Position numbers and translations under genes: made by a program. Positions 35,226 to 43,608 of a DNA stretch of 64,000 bases are shown here, piece after piece (the stretch's first letter is position 1; each line of letters starts with the position of its first letter). The DNA is from Candidatus Roizmanbacteria bacterium. GTDB taxonomy: Bacteria; Patescibacteriota; Microgenomatia; UBA1406. Below the pieces are notes generated by a model. That model had not been told where the DNA came from. It saw only the letters and a program-made list of their open reading frames with translations, and did no database searches. The DNA is taken from positions 224,626-288,625 of the forward strand of contig JANLHL010000016.1 of assembly GCA_024654535.1 (NCBI GenBank), in the 5' to 3' direction.

Positions 35226-36446
35226 ATGACAAAAGAACACAACTTCAAGGGGGTCATAGACACAACGCTCCGTGATGGCCAACAATCACCTCTCATGTTC
35301 GATACCTTTACGTATCGATTCGGACTTGACGATAAAATAAAAATTGTTGACGGCTTATTAGCGCTCGGTGTACAAAATATTGAATTCTTTTCTCCGGTTG
35401 TCAGTGAAACTGAAGGCAAAGATTTTGCTGTACTGAGACAGAGAATAAAATCAAATAATCCCAATGTACAGCTTCTCGCTCACTGTCGCACACACCCAAC
35501 AGATATAGAAAAAGCTCTTAATGCGGGGTTTGATGGTCTAAATTTATACATGGGTGTTTCACAAGAAGCACAACACCATAGTCATGGGTTAGCCATATCG
35601 GACATTGCACAGCGAGTACGAGATACTATCGAACCTCTGCGAAGGGCTAACCCAAACTTATATATTCGATTCAGCGGTGAAGATTGCTTTCGGACTGAAT
35701 TGAAAGATATATACAAAGTCTACGATGGTGTTTCAGATTTGGTCAATACATTCGGTATGCCAGACACTGTTGGAATTGCAACACCAGAACTTGTACGCAA
35801 AAGAGTCAACGCCCTTAGGAAAAGATACCCTGATATAGCTTTGGAATGCCATTTTCACAATGACCGTGGATATTCCCTGATGAATGCCGTTACTGCAGTA
35901 TTGTGTGGGGCGTCATATATCGACACATCAGTTTGGGGCTTGGCTGAACGATCTGGAATAACGTCAGTAACCGGCTTACTGTTTAATCTTTTCCAAGAAG
36001 ATCCAACACTTTGTGATGGATACAATATTGAAGTATGTTATCCGCTGAATGCGTTAATGGCAACCATGCTCGGTATGCAGGTACCATACACTGAACCGGT
36101 ATCATTAACCAATCGCACACATACGGCAGGGGTCCATACAAAAGCTGTATTAAATAGCGCAGGAACGTATGAAGCGATGGACTTAGCTCGATTTGGGGTA
36201 ACAACAAACCAATTACTACTTGGACCACTAAGTGGCTGGAATCTCATTTACTACTACCTTCGAGAAATCAAAGGATATGAACTCAGTAAAGAAGAAGCTC
36301 AGCAAATCTCAAGTGATTTTAAGAACCAAGCGGGAAGAATTGACAGAAGTCGCAGTCCTGAATTGGTATTAATGGACGTCATTGCCCCTTATCAGTTATC
36401 GAAAATCCCTACGCAAGATATGACGGGAAGAATTGAAAATCTATGA
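35226..36446 (+). CDS. DRE-TIM metallolyase, homocitrate/2-isopropylmalate synthase family
   Basis: IDTTLRDGQQSP, ECHFHNDRGYSLMN and the TSVWGLAERSG catalytic/metal blocks. No LeuA-type regulatory domain. Confidence 0.7.
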   Translation: MTKEHNFKGVIDTTLRDGQQSPLMFDTFTYRFGLDDKIKIVDGLLALGVQNIEFFSPVVSETEGKDFAVLRQRIKSNNPNVQLLAHCRTHPTDIEKALNAGFDGLNLYMGVSQEAQHHSHGLAISDIAQRVRDTIEPLRRANPNLYIRFSGEDCFRTELKDIYKVYDGVSDLVNTFGMPDTVGIATPELVRKRVNALRKRYPDIALECHFHNDRGYSLMNAVTAVLCGASYIDTSVWGLAERSGITSVTGLLFNLFQEDPTLCDGYNIEVCYPLNALMATMLGMQVPYTEPVSLTNRTHTAGVHTKAVLNSAGTYEAMDLARFGVTTNQLLLGPLSGWNLIYYYLREIKGYELSKEEAQQISSDFKNQAGRIDRSRSPELVLMDVIAPYQLSKIPTQDMTGRIENL

Positions 36447-37243
36447 TCATAATTAAAATTGGCGGCGGCAAAGACATCCGATGGGACTATATTGCCAAAA
36501 ATTTAAAAACATTTATAAAAAAACATACCTGTGTAATCATTCACGGTGCCAGCACACTGAGGGATTCTATTGGTCAAAAGATGAATGTGCCGACACAGAC
36601 AGTAATATCCCCTTCTGGTATAAGCAGCGTTATCACCGACGAGAGAGCACTCGAAGTATTTCTTATGGCATACGCAGGCGTTGCAAATAAAACGATTGTT
36701 GCACAACTTCTAAAACACTCTATTCCTGCAATTGGCATGACTGGAGTGGATGGTATGCTGTGGACTGCTCGAGCAAAGCCAAATCTGTTTGTAAAAGAAG
36801 GGGAAAAAACACGATTAGTACGAAATAATCTTACCGGGAGAGTTGAGAAAGTAAACACAGTTCTCCTCAATATCTTACTTAAAGGTGGATACATACCAGT
36901 AATAACCGCACCTGCAATCACCGAGTCTGGAACGATAGTAAATACAGACAACGATTGGGCAACGGCTATAACCGCAGCTGCACTAAAGGCAACATCTATT
37001 ATCTATCTTTTTGAAGCACCAGGACTACTGAAGGACTTTAATGATCCTTCCAGTATTATTCCACGCATACGTAAAAATGAATTACAGAGTTTCTTACCGA
37101 ATGCACAAGGTAGAATGAAAAAAAAACTTATTGGAGCTATGGAAGCTCTAAACAGAGGGGTTGAACACATATATTTTGGTGACGGGCGGATAGAAAATCC
37201 ATTAGATAGTGCCATCTTGGGGAATGGCACCGTTATTGCGTAA
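36443..37243 (+). CDS. lysZ: LysZ/ArgB-type amino-acid kinase
   Basis: MIIIKIGGG and HGAS are AAK family motifs. ATGA overlap with the upstream gene. Confidence 0.8.
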   Translation: MIIIKIGGGKDIRWDYIAKNLKTFIKKHTCVIIHGASTLRDSIGQKMNVPTQTVISPSGISSVITDERALEVFLMAYAGVANKTIVAQLLKHSIPAIGMTGVDGMLWTARAKPNLFVKEGEKTRLVRNNLTGRVEKVNTVLLNILLKGGYIPVITAPAITESGTIVNTDNDWATAITAAALKATSIIYLFEAPGLLKDFNDPSSIIPRIRKNELQSFLPNAQGRMKKKLIGAMEALNRGVEHIYFGDGRIENPLDSAILGNGTVIA

Positions 37244-37247
37244 CCAC

Positions 37248-38453
37248 ATGAACTACAAAACAATACAAGATAATTTTATAGCACAAACATATCCAAATCG
37301 GGGTGTTACTTTTGTACGAGGAAAGGGTTCATATCTCTTTGATGAAAATGGAGAAAAATACATCGATATGCTCGGTGGTAGCTATGGTGTGGGAGTTTTA
37401 GGATATGGAATTGGTTCAATTACGAAGGCACTACAGTCCCAAATAAATACTCTTTTTGTGTTGCATTCGTCATTTTCAAATGACAAACGTTCGCTTGCAA
37501 GTTTCAAACTTATACAGAATGTATCGAAAGCTGGTTTCACCAATTTAAAACGTGTTTTTTGGTCTAATTCTGGTGCAGAAAGCATTGAGGCTGCACTCAA
37601 GTTTGCAATGCTGTATACAAAAAAGTATAGGCTCATTGCAGCAATAAATAGCTATCATGGCAAAACACTTGGAGCACTGTCGATAAATAACTCAGGCAAC
37701 GGTAAATATCAAACACCATTTAAAAACGTACTACTGCCGGTTGATTGGATACGCTTCGGGGATATCCATTCATTAGAACAGGTCATTTCAACACATCATG
37801 CAGCAGTCATTCTGGAGCCAATTCAGGGTGAAGGAGGTGTTATTACTCCCCCACCAGACTACTTCCCAAAAGTCTATACGTTATGCAAAAAATACAATGT
37901 GCCACTTATTATCGATGAAATTCAAACCGGTTTAGGCAGAACCGGTACTATGTACAATAGTCAACGATACATACAAAATGGCTTTACTTGCGATATGCTC
38001 TGCCTCGGAAAAGGCCTTGCCTATGGTATTCCTGTAGGAGCAACGGTTATTTCAGATCGCATAAACAGTGCCCTTTCAAAAGGTATTCATACCAGCACGT
38101 TTGGAGCAAATCCTCTTGCAATGACTGGAGTTTACGAAGTACTGTCGTACTTAGAGACTCATCCGCGTCTTGTGACAAACGCCACCGCAAAAGGCGCCTA
38201 TATTCGTAATAATCTTGAGACTCTCAAAAAAAGATATCCCACCATTACCGATATTTCTGGAACAGGCTTGATGATTGGCATTGGGCTTTCTATAGATCCG
38301 ATAATAGTACTTAAAAAACTACAAGAACAACACATTATAGCTGCACCGACCAGTACAAACCGCATTCGTTTCTTACCGGCGCTCACCATTCAAAAAAAAG
38401 ATATAGATAGTACACTTGATGCATTTTCAATAGTACTCAGTTCGTACAAATAA
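37248..38453 (+). CDS. lysJ: LysJ/ArgD-type class III PLP aminotransferase
   Basis: SGAESIEAALK and DEIQTGLGRTG, with a CLGKGL PLP-lysine context. Confidence 0.8.
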   Translation: MNYKTIQDNFIAQTYPNRGVTFVRGKGSYLFDENGEKYIDMLGGSYGVGVLGYGIGSITKALQSQINTLFVLHSSFSNDKRSLASFKLIQNVSKAGFTNLKRVFWSNSGAESIEAALKFAMLYTKKYRLIAAINSYHGKTLGALSINNSGNGKYQTPFKNVLLPVDWIRFGDIHSLEQVISTHHAAVILEPIQGEGGVITPPPDYFPKVYTLCKKYNVPLIIDEIQTGLGRTGTMYNSQRYIQNGFTCDMLCLGKGLAYGIPVGATVISDRINSALSKGIHTSTFGANPLAMTGVYEVLSYLETHPRLVTNATAKGAYIRNNLETLKKRYPTITDISGTGLMIGIGLSIDPIIVLKKLQEQHIIAAPTSTNRIRFLPALTIQKKDIDSTLDAFSIVLSSYK

Positions 38454-38454
38454 C

Positions 38455-39117
38455 ATGTGCCGATTTCTCATAGCAAAATCAAGAGAGAATTTTAAGCCTC
38501 AAGAAATACTCACATCTTTTTCTCGTATGGCTCAAAAGAGTCGCGCCTTTGATGGAGACCGACAAGAAGACGGTTGGGGTATGAGTTGGTGGGGTAACGG
38601 AACATGGGAACAGTATGTATCAATAAAACCAATATGGTACGACACACACATGTTCTCCTATGCGCCTCAAACAAAATATTTTGCAGTACATGCACGCAGC
38701 GCCTCGTTTACTAATCACAAAAATACAATTGCATATAATCAACCGTTTATCTATCAAAAGTATGCATTTGTTTTTAATGGACTTTTAAAGGGTGTTACAC
38801 TGCCCTACCCACTCGAAGGTACCATTGGTTCACAAAAAATATTCTCGCTACTGCGCACGTTTTTAAGTAAAATGCCGCCTAAAAAGGCGTTGGTAGAAAC
38901 AGTAAAGATCATAACTACGCACACACGCCATGTACAAGCGCTCAATATGGGTTTGTGTGATGGATCAAAAATATATGCCTATACACACTACTCCAAGTAT
39001 CCTCAGTATTACCATCTACAACATGCGTATGCCGGAAAAATACATATAGTATCTTCCGAGGCTATAGAACATTTTGATTTCTCTTTGTTACCGAAAGAGT
39101 CTGTATATGTTAGGTAA
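38455..39117 (+). CDS. Class II glutamine amidotransferase-like Ntn hydrolase (YafJ/EgtC type)
   Basis: MCRFLIAKS (Cys2 nucleophile), DGWGMSW, VHARSAS, YNQPF, FVFNG. Starts 1 nt after the lysJ stop. No synthase domain is attached. Confidence 0.65.
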   Translation: MCRFLIAKSRENFKPQEILTSFSRMAQKSRAFDGDRQEDGWGMSWWGNGTWEQYVSIKPIWYDTHMFSYAPQTKYFAVHARSASFTNHKNTIAYNQPFIYQKYAFVFNGLLKGVTLPYPLEGTIGSQKIFSLLRTFLSKMPPKKALVETVKIITTHTRHVQALNMGLCDGSKIYAYTHYSKYPQYYHLQHAYAGKIHIVSSEAIEHFDFSLLPKESVYVR

Positions 39118-39688
39118 AAAGAAGTTTTTTAATTTCCCCAAGCGTTCCTTGCTCTTTTGCTTTTAAAAAGGCAAGTGTCAACTCTCGGTCGCGATAATTA
39201 TCATCGAGGATGATCTTTAAATATTCATCGAATGTTACCATTTTGAGAGAGATTTTTTCACCACTATCAAGATTCTGAGGCTTCACAACGCGACACTTCT
39301 TGGCTATAAACGTAAAGATAGCCCAATCCATAACACTTGATGGTTGTACACTCATCCAGAATTGCCACGTATCAGACACCATACCTGCTTCTTCCAACAA
39401 CTCCCGCTTTGCAGCCTCCAAAGGGTTTTCTTCAAGGTCTAAACGTCCTCCGATGCTTCCTATAAATGGATCTATACCAGGCTGTTCTTGGTGAGTAATG
39501 ACAATTTTTTGATCATTGGTAATGGGTAACACATTGACCGTATCGACGCGCTTTATTTTCTCAAATATTGCCGTAGTACCATCAAACATTTTCTGCTCCC
39601 AATGGTATACATCAAGCATTTTTCCTTTGAAAACACGAGTAGCATGCGGAGGGATATTCAGTTTAGACCGCGCTCTGGTAATCTCCAT
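39110..39688 (-). CDS. NUDIX hydrolase
   Basis: Nudix box GGRLDLEENPLEAAKRELLEEAG. Start chosen at ATG 39688, 6 nt after TATAAT. Confidence 0.8.
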   Translation of the reverse strand: MEITRARSKLNIPPHATRVFKGKMLDVYHWEQKMFDGTTAIFEKIKRVDTVNVLPITNDQKIVITHQEQPGIDPFIGSIGGRLDLEENPLEAAKRELLEEAGMVSDTWQFWMSVQPSSVMDWAIFTFIAKKCRVVKPQNLDSGEKISLKMVTFDEYLKIILDDNYRDRELTLAFLKAKEQGTLGEIKKLLFT

Positions 39689-39712
39689 GTCGAAATTATA
39701 GCACAAAGGAAG

Positions 39713-40462
39713 TTAGTATAGAAAATCAGCCTTTTCCTCCAAAGTAACAATACTTTTCATAGTCTCTTTCGCTCTGTATAGTCGAGCTTTAATAGCTGGT
39801 ACATTGGTTTCTTCGAGAGCAGCAATTTCATCTAGTGATAACCCATCAATATAGTATAAGACTATCATACGCCGTGGCAAATCCTTAAGCTTGGATAAAT
39901 ACTTCCGAAGTAGTTCACTATTGTATAGCGCATCCAAAGTGTCCAGCATAGGATCAATATCAGCTGATGAAGAAAGTATCTGATCAATATCAAAAGTGTC
40001 ACTGTCTATAACCGTCCCTCTCCATCTCTTTATACTTGCTTCCTTTCTAAGTACATCTAAACAAGCAAACTTTGCTGTTCTTGATACCCAACCCATTAAA
40101 TTTATAGTTGGATGCTTTTTATTATCAATCGCGTTTGTTATTTTGAGAAACACCGTAGCTGTTATATCATCTACCCAATAGGCGGGAGCATTCTTTTTTA
40201 CGTAGTCCTGTACCCATTTCATAAATGGCACAAGTTGTACGCTCTGATGAGATCTGGCGCTTTCAATTGGGCTGCCTCGAGTTACAGCAACATCTGCACT
40301 CATTAGATATCCGACTGCAACATTTTGATCTTCACAAGAATATAGATCCCTCAATTGCTCAAATAAGACATGATTATACGCATCCGCTTCTCTACTTGCT
40401 GCAGTTGAGATAAAAGGACGTTTCTTACCATGTTCCATACCTTGTCCTTTCCCTTGTTCCAT
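39713..40462 (-). CDS. Sigma-70 family (ECF-like) RNA polymerase sigma factor with N-terminal extension
   Basis: Region 2-like GWVSRTAKFACLDVLRKE and region 4 LPRRMIVLYYIDGLSLDEIAALEETNVPAIKARLYRAKETM. Confidence 0.7.
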   Translation of the reverse strand: MEQGKGQGMEHGKKRPFISTAASREADAYNHVLFEQLRDLYSCEDQNVAVGYLMSADVAVTRGSPIESARSHQSVQLVPFMKWVQDYVKKNAPAYWVDDITATVFLKITNAIDNKKHPTINLMGWVSRTAKFACLDVLRKEASIKRWRGTVIDSDTFDIDQILSSSADIDPMLDTLDALYNSELLRKYLSKLKDLPRRMIVLYYIDGLSLDEIAALEETNVPAIKARLYRAKETMKSIVTLEEKADFLY

Positions 40463-40529
40463 ATCTTATAGTATACTTTATTACGACTAAGTTTGTATGA
40501 TATTATTACCTACTTACATGCATATTCTG

Positions 40530-40558
40530 TTGCGCATATGCAATACGTGCGTTATAAT
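40530..40558 (+). promoter_or_regulatory. Promoter of the stand-alone 5S rRNA gene
   Basis: TTGCGC (40530-40535)-N17-TATAAT (40553-40558). The predicted start is about 7 nt downstream, at the 5S 5' end. Confidence 0.55.
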
Positions 40559-40565
40559 GACACTT

Positions 40566-40680
40566 GTCTCGGTTATTTGAGCGATCAGGAACCACATCTT
40601 CCCATTCCGAACAGAACCGTGAAACTGATCAGCGCCTACGATACTATCCTTCGGGATGGGACAATAAGTCATAGCCGGGG
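40566..40680 (+). rRNA. rrf: 5S ribosomal RNA
   Basis: CCCATTCCGAACAGAACCGTGAAACTGATCAGCGCCTACGATACT matches the universal loop C/helix III-II core (CCGAAC..GTGAAAC..AGCGCC). Helix I pairs CTCGGTTAT with ATAGCCGGG. A T7 run follows. Confidence 0.85.
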
Positions 40681-40710
40681 CTTTTTTTATATATGGAAAT
40701 ATAAAAAAAG

Positions 40711-40906
40711 AAACCCAAATAACCAATATCCAATGTCAAATAAAGTGCCAAATCCCAATGACAAAAAGTAGGAATTACTCACATATAAAGAAAATACTTA
40801 CTTTACAGTTCTATTTTGTCATTTGAACTTTGACATTTGCCATTTACCTGCCTCGCCGGCAGGCAGGTTAGGTATTGGATATTCTACAGTAGCTACGCTA
40901 CTGTAG
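40711..40906. repeat. Composite palindromic intergenic element, copy R3
   Basis: Left arm aaccaatatccaatgtcaaataaagtgccaaatcccaatgacaaaa mirrors right arm ttttgtcatttgaactttgacatttgcc...ggtattggatatt. It includes the GC hairpin ACCTGCC...GGCAGGT (40846-40868). A perfect 10-bp hairpin CTACAGTAGC-tac-GCTACTGTAG (40884-40906) touches the rnj stop codon. Confidence 0.8.
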
Positions 40907-42538
40907 TTACACTATCACTGGTATGATGAGTGGGCTTCGTGCGTGCTGCGCACTAATAAAACCACCTATTTCCTGAACTATTCTATTCTCAAGCTTTTGC
41001 TTATCCGTTGTTTGTTTCAACATCGATTCTACCTTTGGTATGATGTCTCCAAAAAGTTTTCTGTCATTAAACATGAAACCTTTTGAGTCCAAGCTCACTT
41101 TTCCGTTGCTTACCAGTACTACCAAAATGCCTTCTTTACCCAAACTTTCCCGCTCTTCCAATATCCTATCACCGACATCTCCTACAGAAGAACCGTCGAC
41201 AAGAATTTCTTTCAATATAATTTTTTCTTCCATACTGATGCCTGCATGTGTTACTGCAATAGGTTGACCACTATGTAACATATGCAACTGACTATCTTGA
41301 TAACCTAGTTTTTTCATAAGATTCATATACGCCTTACTATGTTTTATCGTTGTACCGATTGGCATAAGATTCTTTGCGCCTACCAAACGTGCCAGCAATT
41401 TCAAATCTCCCTGCGATCCATGTCCAGATGTATGTAGCGCGTCTCGTATAGCAGTGTATATGACGTCAGCACCTTGTTCTATTAAGTTCTCTATTACATC
41501 TTGTATGTGCATCTCGTTGCCCGGTATGGGGTCTGATGAGAAAAATATACGATCACCCTTCTGCACTTTTATAAAACGGTTTCTCCCAGTCGATACTTTA
41601 TCGAGTGCAGATCCAAATTCGCCCTGAGAACCAGTCAGTATGACACAGACAGCATTTGGTCTCATTTTTTTCAAATCTTGCTCGGGAATAAGATGATCTT
41701 TCTTCAGTGGCAAATACCCTTCTTCTATTGCAATAGCTGTGTTTCGCTTCATAGAACTACCAACAAAACAAATTTTTCTATTAAATTCAAGCGCGCTTGT
41801 GACACACTGACGTATACGCGAAATATTAGATGCAAAGGTCGTCATGAAAAATCTGCCTTTTGTTTCGAGCATTTCCCTTCGAAAGGTTGTTCCTACTATC
41901 TGTTCTGACAATGTGTATCCTTCACGTTCCGAACCGAGTCCATCAGATAACAAAAGATCAATCCCTTGCCCTCCTGCTCGTACAATTTCTGCAAAATCCG
42001 GTGGATCAGCGTTCACTGGCGTTAGATCCATTTTAAAATCAGAGCCATGGTAAACACGTGCTGAAGGGGTATCAATCACTATATGTGTTGTATCAGGTAT
42101 AGAATGTGTCATGTGAATATATCTGGCCTTAATAGAGCCAAAAATATAATCGTATCGGTGTTTAATAAACACAATTTTTGCAGAAGTGATATTCTCTTGT
42201 TCTAGTTTTTCTTTTATAAGAAGCCCAGCTAATTTTGGCGCAAATATAGGAGGAAATCCCAATTTTTCAATGACATAAGGAATAGCTCCGATATGATCTT
42301 CATGACCATGCGTAATAAGAAGAGCTCTAATAAGGTGTTTTTTATCGAGTAAATAGGATACATCAGGGATTGCCGAATCGACACCGAGCGATTCTAGATG
42401 AGACAAGAACCCAACGCCACAATCGATAATTACAATATCTGCAATGACCCCATTTTTCCAGTACTCGTACACATACATATTCTTCGTAACATCTTCGAGC
42501 CCACCTAATGGAACGATTCTTAATTTATCAGTATTCAT
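40907..42538 (-). CDS. rnj: Ribonuclease J (beta-CASP metallo-beta-lactamase)
   Basis: LITHGHEDHIGAIPY with beta-CASP and C-terminal domains; 543 aa. Confidence 0.9.
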   Translation of the reverse strand: MNTDKLRIVPLGGLEDVTKNMYVYEYWKNGVIADIVIIDCGVGFLSHLESLGVDSAIPDVSYLLDKKHLIRALLITHGHEDHIGAIPYVIEKLGFPPIFAPKLAGLLIKEKLEQENITSAKIVFIKHRYDYIFGSIKARYIHMTHSIPDTTHIVIDTPSARVYHGSDFKMDLTPVNADPPDFAEIVRAGGQGIDLLLSDGLGSEREGYTLSEQIVGTTFRREMLETKGRFFMTTFASNISRIRQCVTSALEFNRKICFVGSSMKRNTAIAIEEGYLPLKKDHLIPEQDLKKMRPNAVCVILTGSQGEFGSALDKVSTGRNRFIKVQKGDRIFFSSDPIPGNEMHIQDVIENLIEQGADVIYTAIRDALHTSGHGSQGDLKLLARLVGAKNLMPIGTTIKHSKAYMNLMKKLGYQDSQLHMLHSGQPIAVTHAGISMEEKIILKEILVDGSSVGDVGDRILEERESLGKEGILVVLVSNGKVSLDSKGFMFNDRKLFGDIIPKVESMLKQTTDKQKLENRIVQEIGGFISAQHARSPLIIPVIV

Positions 42539-42545
42539 ATATATA

Positions 42546-43241
42546 CTATACTATTTTTTCCATTGCTTTCGCAATTTTATCAAAATCACCCATAATTACC
42601 TTTTCTATATTATGAAAGCTCTTATTTACTCTGTGGTCTGTAATACGGTCTTGCGGAAAATTATAGGTACGAATTTTTTCAGCACGCATGCCACCGCCCG
42701 CTTGATCCATAAAAAACGATTCAATACCTCGCTTCTTATCGTCATCAAGTTGTTTAAGCCTCCCTGCTAATAGCGCTAATGCAATTTGCCTATTTTGAAG
42801 CTGCTGACGCTCTTGAGAGGCTGTCACAACAAGCCCTGTTGGCTTATGAGTAAGTCGAACAGCCGTCGAGACTTTGTTGACATTCTGACCTCCATGACCG
42901 CCACTTCTAAAAAACTGCCATTCCAAATCTGAAGGACTTACATGAATCTCTTGTTGTGGAATTTCAGGAGTCACTAAAACGGTAGCAATAGATGTATGAA
43001 TGCGGCCATAACGCTCAGTATTGGGAACCCGTTGTACTCTATGCGCACCCGTTTCATTTTTCAAAATAGTATAGGCACGAGGACCTCGGATTCTGAGAAC
43101 ACCAGCATCAATGTTTTGTACGCGCCACTGAATCTTTTGTGCAAATTTTGCATACATACCCAATAAATTTTCGGCCCATATTTTCGCTTCATCCCCACCA
43201 ACCCCAGCGCGTACTTCTAAGTAACAAATATCTGAATTCAT
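42546..43241 (-). CDS. prfA: Peptide chain release factor, RF1-like, lacking domain 1
   Basis: GGQ motif ([13 protein letters not shown]) and a codon-reading loop [18 protein letters not shown] (PxT type). The protein is 231 aa and begins at the position equivalent to E. coli RF1 residue ~105 ([13 protein letters not shown]). Confidence 0.8.
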   Translation of the reverse strand: MNSDICYLEVRAGVGGDEAKIWAENLLGMYAKFAQKIQWRVQNIDAGVLRIRGPRAYTILKNETGAHRVQRVPNTERYGRIHTSIATVLVTPEIPQQEIHVSPSDLEWQFFRSGGHGGQNVNKVSTAVRLTHKPTGLVVTASQERQQLQNRQIALALLAGRLKQLDDDKKRGIESFFMDQAGGGMRAEKIRTYNFPQDRITDHRVNKSFHNIEKVIMGDFDKIAKAMEKIV

Positions 43242-43250
43242 ACGTATTTT

Positions 43251-43538
43251 TTATGCTTCTGCAAGAAGATCTTTGAGTGTTCTAGTCCGCTCTCTTGACT
43301 TCTGCACATGCTCTTTCTTCTTCACAGACATAGACACTGCTTTCTTCTGGCGAGTCTTAAACTTTTCTACCTGACCTTTTGTATCAATAAGTCTATCTTC
43401 ACCAGTATAGAGCGGATGACATTTGAAACATATCTCAACATGAATTTCCTTTTTCGTTGAGCCGACTGTGAATACATTACCACAGCCACACGTAACTTTC
43501 GCATCACTGAAATACTGTGGATGAATTTTCGCTTTCAT
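43251..43538 (-). CDS. rpmE: Ribosomal protein L31 with C-terminal basic extension
   Basis: MKAKIHPQY...CGCGN...CFKCHPLYTG. TATAAT lies 6 nt before the ATG. Confidence 0.9.
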   Translation of the reverse strand: MKAKIHPQYFSDAKVTCGCGNVFTVGSTKKEIHVEICFKCHPLYTGEDRLIDTKGQVEKFKTRQKKAVSMSVKKKEHVQKSRERTRTLKDLLAEA

Positions 43539-43608
43539 TGCACTATTATAGTAAAAATGTTACTGAATAGCAATGGAGATTCCGTCTACCAAATCCATAT
43601 ACCATTCA

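Noticed and set aside
40493-40771. ORFs 40493..40771 (+) and 40514..40726 (-)
   Set aside because: They cover the 5S rRNA gene and its promoter/terminator. The rRNA identity is far better supported.
42546-43241. Possibility that the short release factor is RF2 with the classical programmed +1 frameshift hiding its N-terminus
   Set aside because: The frameshift site in prfB removes only about 25 codons, not about 110. There is no CTT TGA C-type site and no upstream ORF, because rpmE ends 9 nt away. The recognition loop is PxT-type rather than SPF.
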